Shown here one piece after another: positions 1 to 9,865 of a DNA stretch of 64,000 nt (the stretch's first letter is position 1; every line of letters starts with the position of its first letter). The notes under the pieces are model-generated. The model ran no database searches and was not told the origin of the DNA. It saw only the letters and a program-made list of their open reading frames with translations. The position numbers were made by a program, and so were the translations under genes. The stretch is from Thermoproteota archaeon (GTDB lineage: Archaea; Thermoproteota; Thermoprotei; Gearchaeales; Gearchaeaceae), in NCBI GenBank assembly GCA_032249235.1, contig JAVVGF010000001.1:416001-480000 (forward strand), in the 5' to 3' direction.

Positions 1-1
1 G

Positions 2-130
2 ACAACAGGTAAAGTTTCAGTCAACATCGGAATAGTTTATTCCATGATCGGAAAAGAATTCAGACGTGTTAGTGGTTTCTCAGTAGGGATTTCAGACGCT
101 CTTGCAAACTTGATCTTAGCTCCTTATTGA
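2..130 (+). CDS. 3' end of a CDS entering from the left edge, possibly a PhoU-like helical domain
   Basis: Frame 2 is open to TGA at 128-130 (TTGKVSVNIGIVYSMIGKEFRRVSGFSVGISDALANLILAPY*) and abuts the stop of the convergent gene at 131. The PhoU resemblance is weak. Confidence 0.5.
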   Translation, partial: TTGKVSVNIGIVYSMIGKEFRRVSGFSVGISDALANLILAPY

Positions 131-634
131 TCAACTTATATAAGTAATACTAGATCTATCGAAGTCTTTAATGATTTCCGTTTTTCTACTCTTAACAGTT
201 ATCTTAACATTGGCTAGCTCGGGGAACACTTCAAATATTCCTTTATCTATCATTTTCGCTGTTAAATGATCTTCTCCGAAGAATTCTTTACAAATTTTAT
301 ACTGGAGGCTTCTTAGTAGTCTTTCATCGTAAATTCCCAATGAATGCAAGTATTCATGTGTAAGCACAACGAAAATATAGGAATTTACATATTCTTTACC
401 TTTATTCAACGAATAAATAGCTTCCAAGACGGCTCTATTTATTACGATCGTATTCGAGCCCATGATGTGATATGCTAGAACGTATTGATTTAAATCCTGC
501 AAATATAAGGATAAACCTGCTCTTCGCATCTTTGTAGCTTTATAAATTATCTCTCTTCCTAATTCGAAAATATCGCCAAAATTTTCGCATCTATTCAACT
601 TTTCAATGTAGTAATAATGAAGCTTATCTGACAC
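131..634 (-). CDS. Conserved archaeal HExxH zinc-metallopeptidase-like protein
   Basis: 167 aa, GTG start, motif VLTHEYLHSLG; TATA-like TTTATA about 25 nt upstream. Confidence 0.7.
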   Translation of the reverse strand: MSDKLHYYYIEKLNRCENFGDIFELGREIIYKATKMRRAGLSLYLQDLNQYVLAYHIMGSNTIVINRAVLEAIYSLNKGKEYVNSYIFVVLTHEYLHSLGIYDERLLRSLQYKICKEFFGEDHLTAKMIDKGIFEVFPELANVKITVKSRKTEIIKDFDRSSITYIS

Positions 635-675
635 GATGAAGGATTAAAACATGAGGAATATAAACTTTAGTTTAA

Positions 676-728
676 ATTCAGCCGAGCCAGGATCATCATT
701 ATTCAGATTGTGCGATCTACTTCATCTA
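676..728 (-). ncRNA. Box C/D 2'-O-methylation guide sRNA
   Basis: Minus strand reads ATGAAGT (C-like) - AGATCGCACAAT (12 nt) - CTGA (D') - ATA - ATGATGA (C') - TCCTGGCTCGG (11 nt) - CTGA (D). This is canonical archaeal box spacing and lies in an intergenic gap. Confidence 0.8.
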
Positions 729-750
729 TGATAATAATAAATTGAACCAA

Positions 751-1095
751 TTAATTTCTTCTTTCAAGAATTTTTAATTTAGCTATTACTTTTCTAGCTA
801 GCTCCAACGCTTTTTTAGCATCTTTTTCCTCAATACTTTCATCTGCATAATCTGCCTTCTTTCTCAACTCATATAATTTCATAAATATCAGCGCTTCTTC
901 ATCGAAACCTAAGTGTTTAATTATATTAGCTAGTTTATCATCTCTTCTAGGTAGCTGGAATCCTAATTTTTGTATAATTATTTCAACTTCTTTTCTTAAT
1001 GAGAAGTATATTGCAGATACTGCTTTATTATAATTCCTAATTGCTAGATCGTTTTCTGCTTCACTTAACAATATATCTTGCTTTCTCGAACTCAT
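751..1095 (-). CDS. HEPN domain protein (COG1895-like, RxxxxY type)
   Basis: YNKAVSAIYFS helix and LYELRKKADY motif; overlaps the upstream MNT-like gene. Confidence 0.85.
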   Translation of the reverse strand: MSSRKQDILLSEAENDLAIRNYNKAVSAIYFSLRKEVEIIIQKLGFQLPRRDDKLANIIKHLGFDEEALIFMKLYELRKKADYADESIEEKDAKKALELARKVIAKLKILERRN

Positions 1096-1630
1096 TTATT
1101 AACCTGATATTTGTTTCTTCAACAATATAATAACTTATTGTACAATTATATTTATCATTTATATCAAGAACAATTTTAGCAATTTGTTCTCTTATATAAT
1201 CATTTATTTCTTTTACGACGATTAAAGTATTGCTATCATAAATATAATAATCTCCTAAGAAAATCATCTTTGTAATTGGTAACGTCTTAGCTTTTTCTTT
1301 CAATTCTTCGAAAGCCGGTTGGCAATCATTCATTGCTTCTTTTTCGCTCTTGCTAAATAATTCTATTAAGTCTTTATCTTTCTCCTCGGCAATATAATAA
1401 CTTATTGTACAATTATATTTATCATTTATATCAAGAACAATTTTAGCAATTTGTTCTCTTATATTATTATCAATCTTTTTTACAACTATCAAAACATTAC
1501 TATCATAGATATAATAGTTTTCATCTAATGCTATAATCGAAATAAAATTTTCTTTCAAATTTGTAATGAATTTACTAGTCAGTTCATATATTGCCCTATC
1601 CCATTCTTTTCTTAAATCTAACTTATACAC
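1061..1630 (-). CDS. Degenerate minimal nucleotidyltransferase (MNT)-like protein, internally duplicated
   Basis: Two copies of YYIYDSN(V/T)LIVVK...IREQIAKIVLDINDKYNCTISYYI; sits directly upstream of a HEPN gene. Confidence 0.65.
   Translation of the reverse strand: MYKLDLRKEWDRAIYELTSKFITNLKENFISIIALDENYYIYDSNVLIVVKKIDNNIREQIAKIVLDINDKYNCTISYYIAEEKDKDLIELFSKSEKEAMNDCQPAFEELKEKAKTLPITKMIFLGDYYIYDSNTLIVVKEINDYIREQIAKIVLDINDKYNCTISYYIVEETNIRLINEFEKARYIVK
1123..1464. repeat. 75-bp perfect direct repeat (1123-1197 and 1390-1464), period 267 bp
   Basis: caatataataacttattgtacaattatatttatcatttatatcaagaacaattttagcaatttgttctcttatat occurs twice, in frame (89 codons apart). Confidence 0.95.
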
Positions 1631-1673
1631 AAGATTAAATGTTATCTTAACTTAAATTAATCTTAGTTTGATG

Positions 1674-2075
1674 TTATACAGTAAGTAATCTTTCAGCCAG
1701 GGGATGTCCTTTAACTTTCAATTCAAGTGATTTATTCCATCCAAAAGGTGCACTGTATAGTTCGCTTATTTTTGAGATTTCTTCTCTAATCTTAATCAAT
1801 AGCTTCAGCGCTTCGCTTGGTTTCTTCAAATCTTTGCTCAAATGCGCAAAAGGATAAAGTAAAATCCTTTTTGCACCTATTTCTTTCATCACCCTTTTAA
1901 TCTCTTCAATCATCTTTTTAATAGTATCTTCATTATCATTTGATTCAATTGTTGTTAGCAAAAGTAGGACCTCTTTTACTTCATACTTTTTCTTCTCTAC
2001 TTCTTCTGCAAATTTAATCTCTTTTTCTATAGGCTCATATCTTACGTAGTCACAATGTAAGGCTAATATTTTCAT
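1674..2075 (-). CDS. Free-standing archaeal threonyl-tRNA synthetase editing domain
   Basis: MKILALHCDY, YPFAHLS and SAPFGWNK...KGHPLAE motifs. Confidence 0.9.
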   Translation of the reverse strand: MKILALHCDYVRYEPIEKEIKFAEEVEKKKYEVKEVLLLLTTIESNDNEDTIKKMIEEIKRVMKEIGAKRILLYPFAHLSKDLKKPSEALKLLIKIREEISKISELYSAPFGWNKSLELKVKGHPLAERLLTV

Positions 2076-3643
2076 GTCTTATTCTTTAAGTCATTCAATA
2101 TTTTCATCGCTGCATTATATCCAGGAATACCGCTAACTCCTCCTCCTGGATGCGTTCCTGCACCACATAGATACAAATTCTCTATTATAGTTGCATAATT
2201 ACTCATTTTAGGATGAGGTCTTAGATTGTAGATTTGATCCAATGTCATATCGACATGGAATATGTTTCCTTCTGTAGCACCAAATCTTCTTTCTAAATCA
2301 AGAGGAGATAGGGCTAAGTATTTCAAGGGTTTGAAGTTAGGAGCATATTCTTTAATAGTTTCTAGGATGAGTTCAGTATATTCTTCTTTCCTTCCATCCC
2401 AATCTTTATCATAAGGCGCATATTGTGCATAAATTGAAAAAACATGTTTATCATCAATAGTAACGGTTCTATCTACAGAGGACTGAATATTTATAGATAA
2501 TACAGGTTCTTTTGAAGCTCTATTTTCGAGAGCATCTCTAAATGCTTTTTCCGCATATTCAACACTGGGTAATATTAAAGTAGAAGAAACATGATGAGGA
2601 CCTAACTTTTTACCTAAGCCTACATAATCAGGTAATTCTTCCAGAATTCCTACAATTTTGAATGCTATACCCTTAGTTTTTAGCAATTTGATTCTTTTTA
2701 TTATCTCTTCAGGCAATACGTCTTGATCTATGAGTTTTAAAAATGTAGTTTTAGGATCGGCATTTGAAACAACAACTCTGCTTTCAATTCTCTTACCATT
2801 TTCAAGTTCTACTCCTATCGCTTTATTGTTTTTAATCAATATCTTCTTAACAGGTGTAGAAGTATAGATTTCGACTCCTAAGCTTTCAGCTGCTCTCTTT
2901 AAGGCTTGAGTTAATCCTCCCATCCCTCCTTCTACATAACCCCATGCTCTTTTAACACCATTCACTTCTCCAATTTCATGATGAGCCATTAAGTAAGCGC
3001 TTCCAGGAGTTGAAGGTCCAAGCATGGAGCCAATTATTGCATCTTCAATCAGTGCTGCTTTAACTTCATCACTTTCGAAATACTCATCTAGCAATGTTTT
3101 GGCATCAGTGAAGAAAACGCGTTGAATTTCATCTAATCCGAATTCCTTTATATGTTCTTTTATTGCAGGATAATAGTTTTTCAAAAAAATTAAAAGATCT
3201 TCTAATTGATCCAAAGAAAATGGAGGATTTAACATGAGAATCTCAATTAGATCTGCAAACCTACTGAAGAATCTATCATATTTTTCATAAGCTTTAGCAT
3301 CTTTTTTAGAAAATTTCTCAATTTCTTCTTTCGTTTTTTCTAAACTGCTCCATAAATAGAAATACTTTTTGTTTTTGAAAGGAATGAATATCATTGGATC
3401 CTTCAAATATGCTTTGAAACCGTATTTTTCTAGATCTAATTCTTTGATAAATTTTCTCTTAAATAGGCTAATTACATATGCTCCTGTTGAAAGTTTATAG
3501 CCAGGCCATATTTCTTCTGAAACACACATTCCTCCTACTATTTCTCTTCTTTCGAATACCGCAACTTTTAATCCTTCTTTAGCAAGATATGAAGCACAAA
3601 CAAGTCCATTATGTCCAGCTCCTATTATTATTGCATCATACAT
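2072..3643 (-). CDS. Phytoene dehydrogenase-like FAD-dependent oxidoreductase (COG1233)
   Basis: N-terminal IIGAGHNGL dinucleotide-binding motif; C-terminal LYLCGAGTHPGGGVSGIPGYNAA. Confidence 0.88.
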   Translation of the reverse strand: MYDAIIIGAGHNGLVCASYLAKEGLKVAVFERREIVGGMCVSEEIWPGYKLSTGAYVISLFKRKFIKELDLEKYGFKAYLKDPMIFIPFKNKKYFYLWSSLEKTKEEIEKFSKKDAKAYEKYDRFFSRFADLIEILMLNPPFSLDQLEDLLIFLKNYYPAIKEHIKEFGLDEIQRVFFTDAKTLLDEYFESDEVKAALIEDAIIGSMLGPSTPGSAYLMAHHEIGEVNGVKRAWGYVEGGMGGLTQALKRAAESLGVEIYTSTPVKKILIKNNKAIGVELENGKRIESRVVVSNADPKTTFLKLIDQDVLPEEIIKRIKLLKTKGIAFKIVGILEELPDYVGLGKKLGPHHVSSTLILPSVEYAEKAFRDALENRASKEPVLSINIQSSVDRTVTIDDKHVFSIYAQYAPYDKDWDGRKEEYTELILETIKEYAPNFKPLKYLALSPLDLERRFGATEGNIFHVDMTLDQIYNLRPHPKMSNYATIIENLYLCGAGTHPGGGVSGIPGYNAAMKILNDLKNKT

Positions 3644-3687
3644 AAGACAAAATCTTTATCTAAAATTAGACTTTTAAATGTTAAACA

Positions 3688-4341
3688 ATGATCAAAATCA
3701 CTAACTTATGGAAATCCTATCGTGTAGGTGATAGAAAAATTGAAGTTTTGAAAGGTATAAATCTTGAATTCGAGAAAGGAGATTTTGTAACTATAACAGG
3801 TCCTTCAGGCTCAGGTAAGACAACTTTATTATCTTTGATTGCAGGTATTGATTTACCTGATGAAGGTAACATTGAAATAAATGGTATTATAATAAATAAA
3901 ATGAATGTAAGCGAAAGAGCTTTATGGCGAAGAAGTAATATTGGATACATTCCTCAATTTTTCTTTTTAATACCTTACTTGACCGCATTAGAGAACGTTG
4001 AATTAATGGCTAGATTAGCAAAAGTTAAAGAATCTAGGAAACAGGCAATGAAAGCACTTGAGAAAGTAGGATTGGAAGACAAAATGTTCAAATTTCCTTC
4101 AGAATTGAGCGGCGGCGAAATTCAAAGAGTTGCAATAGCCAGAGCAATAGTACATAATCCTCCATTGATAATAGCAGACGAGCCTACGGCTTTCTTAGAT
4201 AGTGAAAACAAAAAGAAAATCGTCGATATACTAGAGGATATCTGGAAAGAAGGAAGAACAGTGATTTTGGCTACGCATGACTTTTTCTTGGCTAGACATA
4301 AGATCGTTGAAATATGGGATGGAAAAATAAAAAATAAATGA
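3688..4341 (+). CDS. ABC transporter ATP-binding protein (LolD/MacB type)
   Basis: GPSGSGKT, LSGGEIQRVAIARA, ADEPT, ATHD. Confidence 0.95.
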   Translation: MIKITNLWKSYRVGDRKIEVLKGINLEFEKGDFVTITGPSGSGKTTLLSLIAGIDLPDEGNIEINGIIINKMNVSERALWRRSNIGYIPQFFFLIPYLTALENVELMARLAKVKESRKQAMKALEKVGLEDKMFKFPSELSGGEIQRVAIARAIVHNPPLIIADEPTAFLDSENKKKIVDILEDIWKEGRTVILATHDFFLARHKIVEIWDGKIKNK

Positions 4342-6521
4342 GCAGTTACATAATTAAAAAATTCTATAGACGTAAAGGATTTTTATTATTTTTATTTTTA
4401 ATTCTTGTAGTTAATATTCTATTTTACTCTATTAATAATGCTACTTCAAATTTAGAAGATTTCGCTAAAAATAGTTGGATAAATTATGTAGGCGATATAA
4501 GAATATCAGGAAATTTAAATGAAGAATTTTTGAACGAATTATCATCTCAGAGTTATATTTCATCTGCTACAGGACTTGCTTTGGTATATTCAACCATTAA
4601 ATTCAATAATCAAAGTTATTCTGCACTATTTGTATATTGTTCAAATCCTAAGGGTTTGATGGGCTATGAAATTTTAGAAGGCAATAACAATTCTCTACTC
4701 TATTTGAAGGGTGGCAAAATCAATCTTAAAATAAACGATGAAATATTCATCACTACTTTTAATCATACCGTAAAAGTTTCAGGTATTGCATCTGCATTTT
4801 ATAACTTCGGTTTAGTTGATCTTGAGTTTGTTGTGAATAAAGATTTCATGCATAAATTGGGAAAGAATGATTATACGTATATATTTGCAAAGCTAAAAGG
4901 AGAGATCAGTGATTTAGAAAATAAGTTAAAATCAATAGCAAACGAAACCAATTCCAAGATCGATTCAATAATAGCATTAGATCCTAATGCCTTTCCTGGA
5001 AAAGAAGATATTGAAGCCGCAAAGAATGTCTTCAACATTTTCGTAATCATACTCTTGTTAGTAATATTCGTAGCACTTTCTGCCTATCAATTCATTTATT
5101 TAGAAACAAATGATAAAGAAATAGATTATTTGAGAGCTATCGGTCTTACGAATAGACAAATAATATTCGTTCATGCATTACCATTAATATTAATATTTGC
5201 AGTCGGTTCTATAGCTGGAACTTTGATAGCATTTCCTCTTTCTAAGATTCTCTTTGATAGTGCATTGAGATCAACACCTATAACTTTTTCAGAAATATTA
5301 CTCAACAGATTTGTGTTCCATGCTAAAATTGAAGCACTTCTTTATTCCTATTCTGTTTTACTCATGATCTTTTTACTCACTTTAATTCCCGTAACTATCT
5401 ACATTTCAAGAAAAAAAGAATCGATAGTTAAAGGAGGTTCGAAATTTTTAAGAAGAACAAGTTTGATTCCTAAACTTGTTTTATTTTCAAGTTCAACAAG
5501 ATTGTGGAGAATATTGCTTATCATATTACTATTTGCTTTATTAATTGCTTCAAATGCAGCTGTAGCTTCTATAATCAATAATTGGGATTCTTCAGTAAAA
5601 GAACTCAACAACTTTTATGATTATTTTATATATGCAATCGGATATTCTGAACTACCAAAAATAAACAACGCAACCATATTGGTTGCAACTTTTCATTTAG
5701 CAAAAGTTTATGATAAAAGTGTGGTAACTGCTTCATTTATACAACTAAGCAATGTTAGTCCAAAACTTTTAGAAGGAAGATGGCCAAGCAAAGCAGGCGA
5801 GGCGACTGTTAGTATTACATTAGCAAAAGATCTTAACTTAAAGTTAGGAGATGAAGTTCTTTATTCAATTGGTTTGAAGAATTATACATTTAAAGTAGTA
5901 GGCATCGCATTTATTCCTTTATTTTATTTATATACAAGAGAAACAGAATCTATAATTCTAAATTATGATGATTATGCAAAAATATTTGGAAGAAGTGAAG
6001 CTTTTGCTATTTACTTGAAAGGAAATGTTGAACAGGTTTTAAATGAACTCAAATCTAAAGGTTTCTCTACGTATTACAGAACAAAAGATGAATCGATTAA
6101 GATAGCTAGCGAAGGAGGAAGGATTGCGCTTATTTTTCTCAATTTTCTAACAATTACTTTGACTTTATCAAGTGCATTGCTTATATCTATCATTATCTTT
6201 TCTGAACTTTATTCTAGAAGTAAAGAATACGCTGTCTTCATACTTATTGGTTATAGAATTAAGGATATTTTGTTTTTAATAGCATTTTCTCTACTTATTT
6301 TAGCAATAATATCTTTACCTATATCATATTTTATGTTAATTTTTTTATCTATTTTATTGAAAAATCAAATAATAGCTTTTACAGGTTATTTCGATATTAG
6401 CATTAATTTTATTGACATTTTAATAAATCTTCAATACATAATTTTACCTATTTTAATTGTTTTTATAGCCAACTACAGATATCTAAAGAGATTAAATATC
6501 TATAAAATATTATTGCAATGA
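4338..6521 (+). CDS. ABC transporter permease, FtsX/MacB family (duplicated)
   Basis: Two TM clusters with large extracellular domains; KEIDYLRAIG and KEYAVFILIG motifs; ATGA overlap with the ATPase gene. Confidence 0.85.
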   Translation: MSSYIIKKFYRRKGFLLFLFLILVVNILFYSINNATSNLEDFAKNSWINYVGDIRISGNLNEEFLNELSSQSYISSATGLALVYSTIKFNNQSYSALFVYCSNPKGLMGYEILEGNNNSLLYLKGGKINLKINDEIFITTFNHTVKVSGIASAFYNFGLVDLEFVVNKDFMHKLGKNDYTYIFAKLKGEISDLENKLKSIANETNSKIDSIIALDPNAFPGKEDIEAAKNVFNIFVIILLLVIFVALSAYQFIYLETNDKEIDYLRAIGLTNRQIIFVHALPLILIFAVGSIAGTLIAFPLSKILFDSALRSTPITFSEILLNRFVFHAKIEALLYSYSVLLMIFLLTLIPVTIYISRKKESIVKGGSKFLRRTSLIPKLVLFSSSTRLWRILLIILLFALLIASNAAVASIINNWDSSVKELNNFYDYFIYAIGYSELPKINNATILVATFHLAKVYDKSVVTASFIQLSNVSPKLLEGRWPSKAGEATVSITLAKDLNLKLGDEVLYSIGLKNYTFKVVGIAFIPLFYLYTRETESIILNYDDYAKIFGRSEAFAIYLKGNVEQVLNELKSKGFSTYYRTKDESIKIASEGGRIALIFLNFLTITLTLSSALLISIIIFSELYSRSKEYAVFILIGYRIKDILFLIAFSLLILAIISLPISYFMLIFLSILLKNQIIAFTGYFDISINFIDILINLQYIILPILIVFIANYRYLKRLNIYKILLQ

Positions 6522-7414
6522 AAATCGGAGTATCTATTGTTCCAACAAATTTTTACGAGGATATTGAAATAATCTCAAAGCTTGTTGAAATAGGTTTGAA
6601 ATTTATTTCTTTAAGCGATTATCACAAGGCTAAAGATCCTTTTCAATTATTAGAAAAAATTTCGCAAACTTTTATGGGTTTAAAAATAGGTACTGCTGTT
6701 ACGAATTTTTTAATAAGAGAACCTGAATTCGTTGCAGATTTCTTTCTTAGACTATACAAAGAAAGTAGAAATGAATTTTTTATAGGTATCGGAGCTGGAG
6801 ATTGGTTTTTATTGGATATAAGGAATATATCTGCGAAAAAAGCTATAGAGAAGCTAAAAGAAGGCATTTTTAAGATAAAAGATATATTCGAAAAAGAAAA
6901 TGCCAAAATTAAAATATACGTAGGAGCTCAAGGAACATCAACATTAAAGTTAATCGAAATGGTAGATGGTTTGATAATCAACTTAGCTAGTTATTCTGAT
7001 TTGAAGAAGGCATTAGATTATCTTAAAGAAAACAAAAGGAAGGAGATTTTTGCCATAGCTCAAACTTCTTTGAATATTAATGAAGCAAGGAAGTCTGCGA
7101 CGATTATATATGCAGGTCTTTCAGATTCTAGCTTAAAACTTTATGGTTTCGATAAAAGTAAAAGAGACAAAATAAGAGAATTATTAAAACAAGGAGAATT
7201 AGAAAAAGCTAGAGCTATATTAAATGAAGAAGAAGTTAGGAGGGTCACATTATGTGGTTCTAATGAAGAAATTTTTAACAGAATTAAGAAGATTTTGGAA
7301 TTGGGAATTGATGGTTTTATAATGGGTCTTCCTATGAGCAAAGAGAAATATGAGGTAATAAAATTTCTAGAAGAATATTATTTGCATTTTTCTCATTCTT
7401 TTTTAAAATTCTAA
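6518..7414 (+). CDS. Luciferase-like (LLM/Mer-like) flavin/F420-dependent oxidoreductase
   Basis: KIGTAVTN, IGIGAGD, IYVGAQG; ATGA-coupled to the permease. Confidence 0.8.
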   Translation: MKIGVSIVPTNFYEDIEIISKLVEIGLKFISLSDYHKAKDPFQLLEKISQTFMGLKIGTAVTNFLIREPEFVADFFLRLYKESRNEFFIGIGAGDWFLLDIRNISAKKAIEKLKEGIFKIKDIFEKENAKIKIYVGAQGTSTLKLIEMVDGLIINLASYSDLKKALDYLKENKRKEIFAIAQTSLNINEARKSATIIYAGLSDSSLKLYGFDKSKRDKIRELLKQGELEKARAILNEEEVRRVTLCGSNEEIFNRIKKILELGIDGFIMGLPMSKEKYEVIKFLEEYYLHFSHSFLKF

Positions 7415-7424
7415 TTTTGGTAAA

Positions 7425-8570
7425 TTATCGAATCAATACTAAAGTAACAATAATTACTGAAGCAGGAGCAAGTAAATCACCAAGTGAAGATATCATAGGA
7501 AAGGTGTATGTATCAGGATCAAAACCTTTTTTAAATTCTGCAATTGAAACGTAATAAGAGATTAACGAAATAACTATGCATGTAAAAAATGAAGCTATTA
7601 AAGCTATTGAAATTCCTATTGGATTGGTAAACAACGCAACTATAGTTATTCCAGCAAAAAATGATGCGTATGCAAGAATTGTATCCCTAAAGATCTTCAA
7701 TAAACTATTGCTCGTTCCTAAATGTAAAGATACAGAAACCTTTGATGAAAGAATACCGCCTAGACTTCCTAATAAAGCATTGTATGCTGGTACAATAACT
7801 AATAAAGATTGAATTTGACTCAAATCCAAGGTTCTTGCATAAAAAAGTCCTCCGAAGCCGCTTATAGATGCATAAAGGGTATGCATTAAACTAATGGTAT
7901 AGAAATTTTCCCTTATTTCAGAGAATTTGAATATACTGAAATAAGCTTCTCGGCTGCTTTTCCTTAAATATAGAATAGTTAAAAAAGTTGCGGTTAAAAT
8001 TAAGAGAAATGTTAAGAAAAATGTTTGAAAAATAATTGAGAAAGAAGGTATGATTGAAAGGAAAAGGATAACAGGTGTCACAATGTCTGCGAAGGAAGAA
8101 ACGAACGGTGTACCTATGAATTCTAATACTCTTCCTTTTTTGAAATAATAAAACATTGCTATCGAAACAGGGATTGCCACGATTAAGAAAGTAAGTAAAT
8201 TTGTAAGCAAGCTCAGTGTTAAAAGCATTCCATAACTTAAAGCTCCTTCAAAGAAAGATTTATCGAAAATAAAAGCTAAGGTAGCTAATATGAAAGAAGC
8301 GAACATAGATCTAAGAAAAGAGAAAAAAATCTCTATTCGTATTAAAGCATCCTTTAAACTAGGTTTAGCTTTACCTAAATATAGTAATGTTGTTATTCTT
8401 AAAGCCAAAACACCATATATCGCTCCTCTTAAGCTCATTAGTGCAGGAATTAGGAATAAAATAACTCGAAATTCTTTTAGACTTTCCAAATTAAAGACAT
8501 AGACAAATCCTACAAGGAGTTCAATGATTGCTTGATATATTAGACTGAACTTTTCGTGTGGTATTTTCAT
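7425..8570 (-). CDS. MgtE/SLC41-type divalent cation transporter (membrane domain only, duplicated)
   Basis: IPALMSLRGAIYG, VPAYNALLGSLGG and GFDPD...PMISSLGD motifs. Confidence 0.85.
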   Translation of the reverse strand: MKIPHEKFSLIYQAIIELLVGFVYVFNLESLKEFRVILFLIPALMSLRGAIYGVLALRITTLLYLGKAKPSLKDALIRIEIFFSFLRSMFASFILATLAFIFDKSFFEGALSYGMLLTLSLLTNLLTFLIVAIPVSIAMFYYFKKGRVLEFIGTPFVSSFADIVTPVILFLSIIPSFSIIFQTFFLTFLLILTATFLTILYLRKSSREAYFSIFKFSEIRENFYTISLMHTLYASISGFGGLFYARTLDLSQIQSLLVIVPAYNALLGSLGGILSSKVSVSLHLGTSNSLLKIFRDTILAYASFFAGITIVALFTNPIGISIALIASFFTCIVISLISYYVSIAEFKKGFDPDTYTFPMISSLGDLLAPASVIIVTLVLIR

Positions 8571-8649
8571 TATTTGATTGTCTTATGTTTTAGTCTTTAA
8601 ATAATTCAACTTTTTAAGCGAATTTAAGAATTAGATAGTTGAGCATCAC

Positions 8650-9864
8650 GTGCCTATAAATCCTGAAATTCATAAGAAATTTCATACAGCTCATTTAGAA
8701 GTAGAGAGAGAATATAGAGCAATTTCATTGCTTGAGCTTCTAAGAGAAGCTAGAAGGATATGCGATGTTATCATTGATTTATCTTTTTACGCTTATCTAA
8801 CTAAAGATCTCGAAACTGTTGATCATCTTTTATCAATGGTTAGTAAGGCAAAGTCAATGCTAGAAGTAGCTACAATGCATGCATCGCTGGTAATAAGAAG
8901 ATTGAAAGAAGCTAGAGATATCCTTGCTCTTTATCGTTACGCTGTAGCGATCGAAAAAATAATTGATGCAGCGCTTGATATAGCATATATAAGTTTATCA
9001 GATCATGCACCAGATAAAGAAGTAGCCGATTCCATTAGAAATCTAAGCGAAGAAATTGTCGTTAAGATAAAAGCCAATGAAAATCTCTCTTCTTTCCCTG
9101 AGAATATCTCAGAGGAATTCCCTATCGATATAATTCTTCGTGTAAAGGATAGAAAATATGAACTTTTCTTTTCAGGCAAAATCGAAAAGGATGACATAAT
9201 TTATATTCGTGGTTATAGAAGCGCCGTTAATGAGTTTTTGAAAAGATTCGGATACAAACCAATTGAAGACGTTGCTATAAACGAACACTTAAAGGGGATT
9301 TTAAATAAAATAGTATATCTCTTCGATACCACCAAGGTTCTTCTTGATCTTTCCCAACTAACTACTTTAATGGCTGATGAAAGCTTAGCTAAGGAAGTTG
9401 ATGAAATCGAATCCACCATAGATCAATACCATATTGAGTTGCTTGAAGAAATGGTCAAAATACCACCTACTCCAAATAATATCACAAATTTGTCTTTAAT
9501 TTGGTTAACTACTAAACTTGAAGAAATTACAGATAGCATCGAAGAAATCGCGTTACTAAGCTTTTCTGATAAGGATGTAAAAGAAGTTTTTAAAAGATTG
9601 CAAGAAGCAACCGGCGAGAAATATAATATGGTAATGATAAACAAGGAAGTTTCTTTACGCAATGCTATCGAAAAAGTAAAGAAATATGGAGGAAACGTAC
9701 TAGCAGTGAAGAAGAAAAATAACTGGATATTACAAACTCGTTTATCATACGGTGATCATATTTTATTGACAAACGATTGTATAATTATTCTATATCCTAA
9801 GGAATTTGAGAAAGAGATTGTTGAAGAATTAGAAAAAGATTCTGTAATGAAATGTAAATATTAA
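8650..9864 (+). CDS. PhoU + TrkA-C domain protein (COG3273-like, duplicated)
   Basis: Two PhoU-like helical bundles (EKIIDAALDIA, EEITDSIEEIA), each followed by a TrkA-C-like domain; divergent from the MgtE-like gene. Confidence 0.75.
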   Translation: MPINPEIHKKFHTAHLEVEREYRAISLLELLREARRICDVIIDLSFYAYLTKDLETVDHLLSMVSKAKSMLEVATMHASLVIRRLKEARDILALYRYAVAIEKIIDAALDIAYISLSDHAPDKEVADSIRNLSEEIVVKIKANENLSSFPENISEEFPIDIILRVKDRKYELFFSGKIEKDDIIYIRGYRSAVNEFLKRFGYKPIEDVAINEHLKGILNKIVYLFDTTKVLLDLSQLTTLMADESLAKEVDEIESTIDQYHIELLEEMVKIPPTPNNITNLSLIWLTTKLEEITDSIEEIALLSFSDKDVKEVFKRLQEATGEKYNMVMINKEVSLRNAIEKVKKYGGNVLAVKKKNNWILQTRLSYGDHILLTNDCIIILYPKEFEKEIVEELEKDSVMKCKY

Positions 9865-9865
9865 A

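Noticed and set aside
1123-1464. Direct repeat considered as a CRISPR array or mobile-element end
   Set aside because: Only two copies, 75 bp long, in frame inside a CDS; no spacers or cas genes
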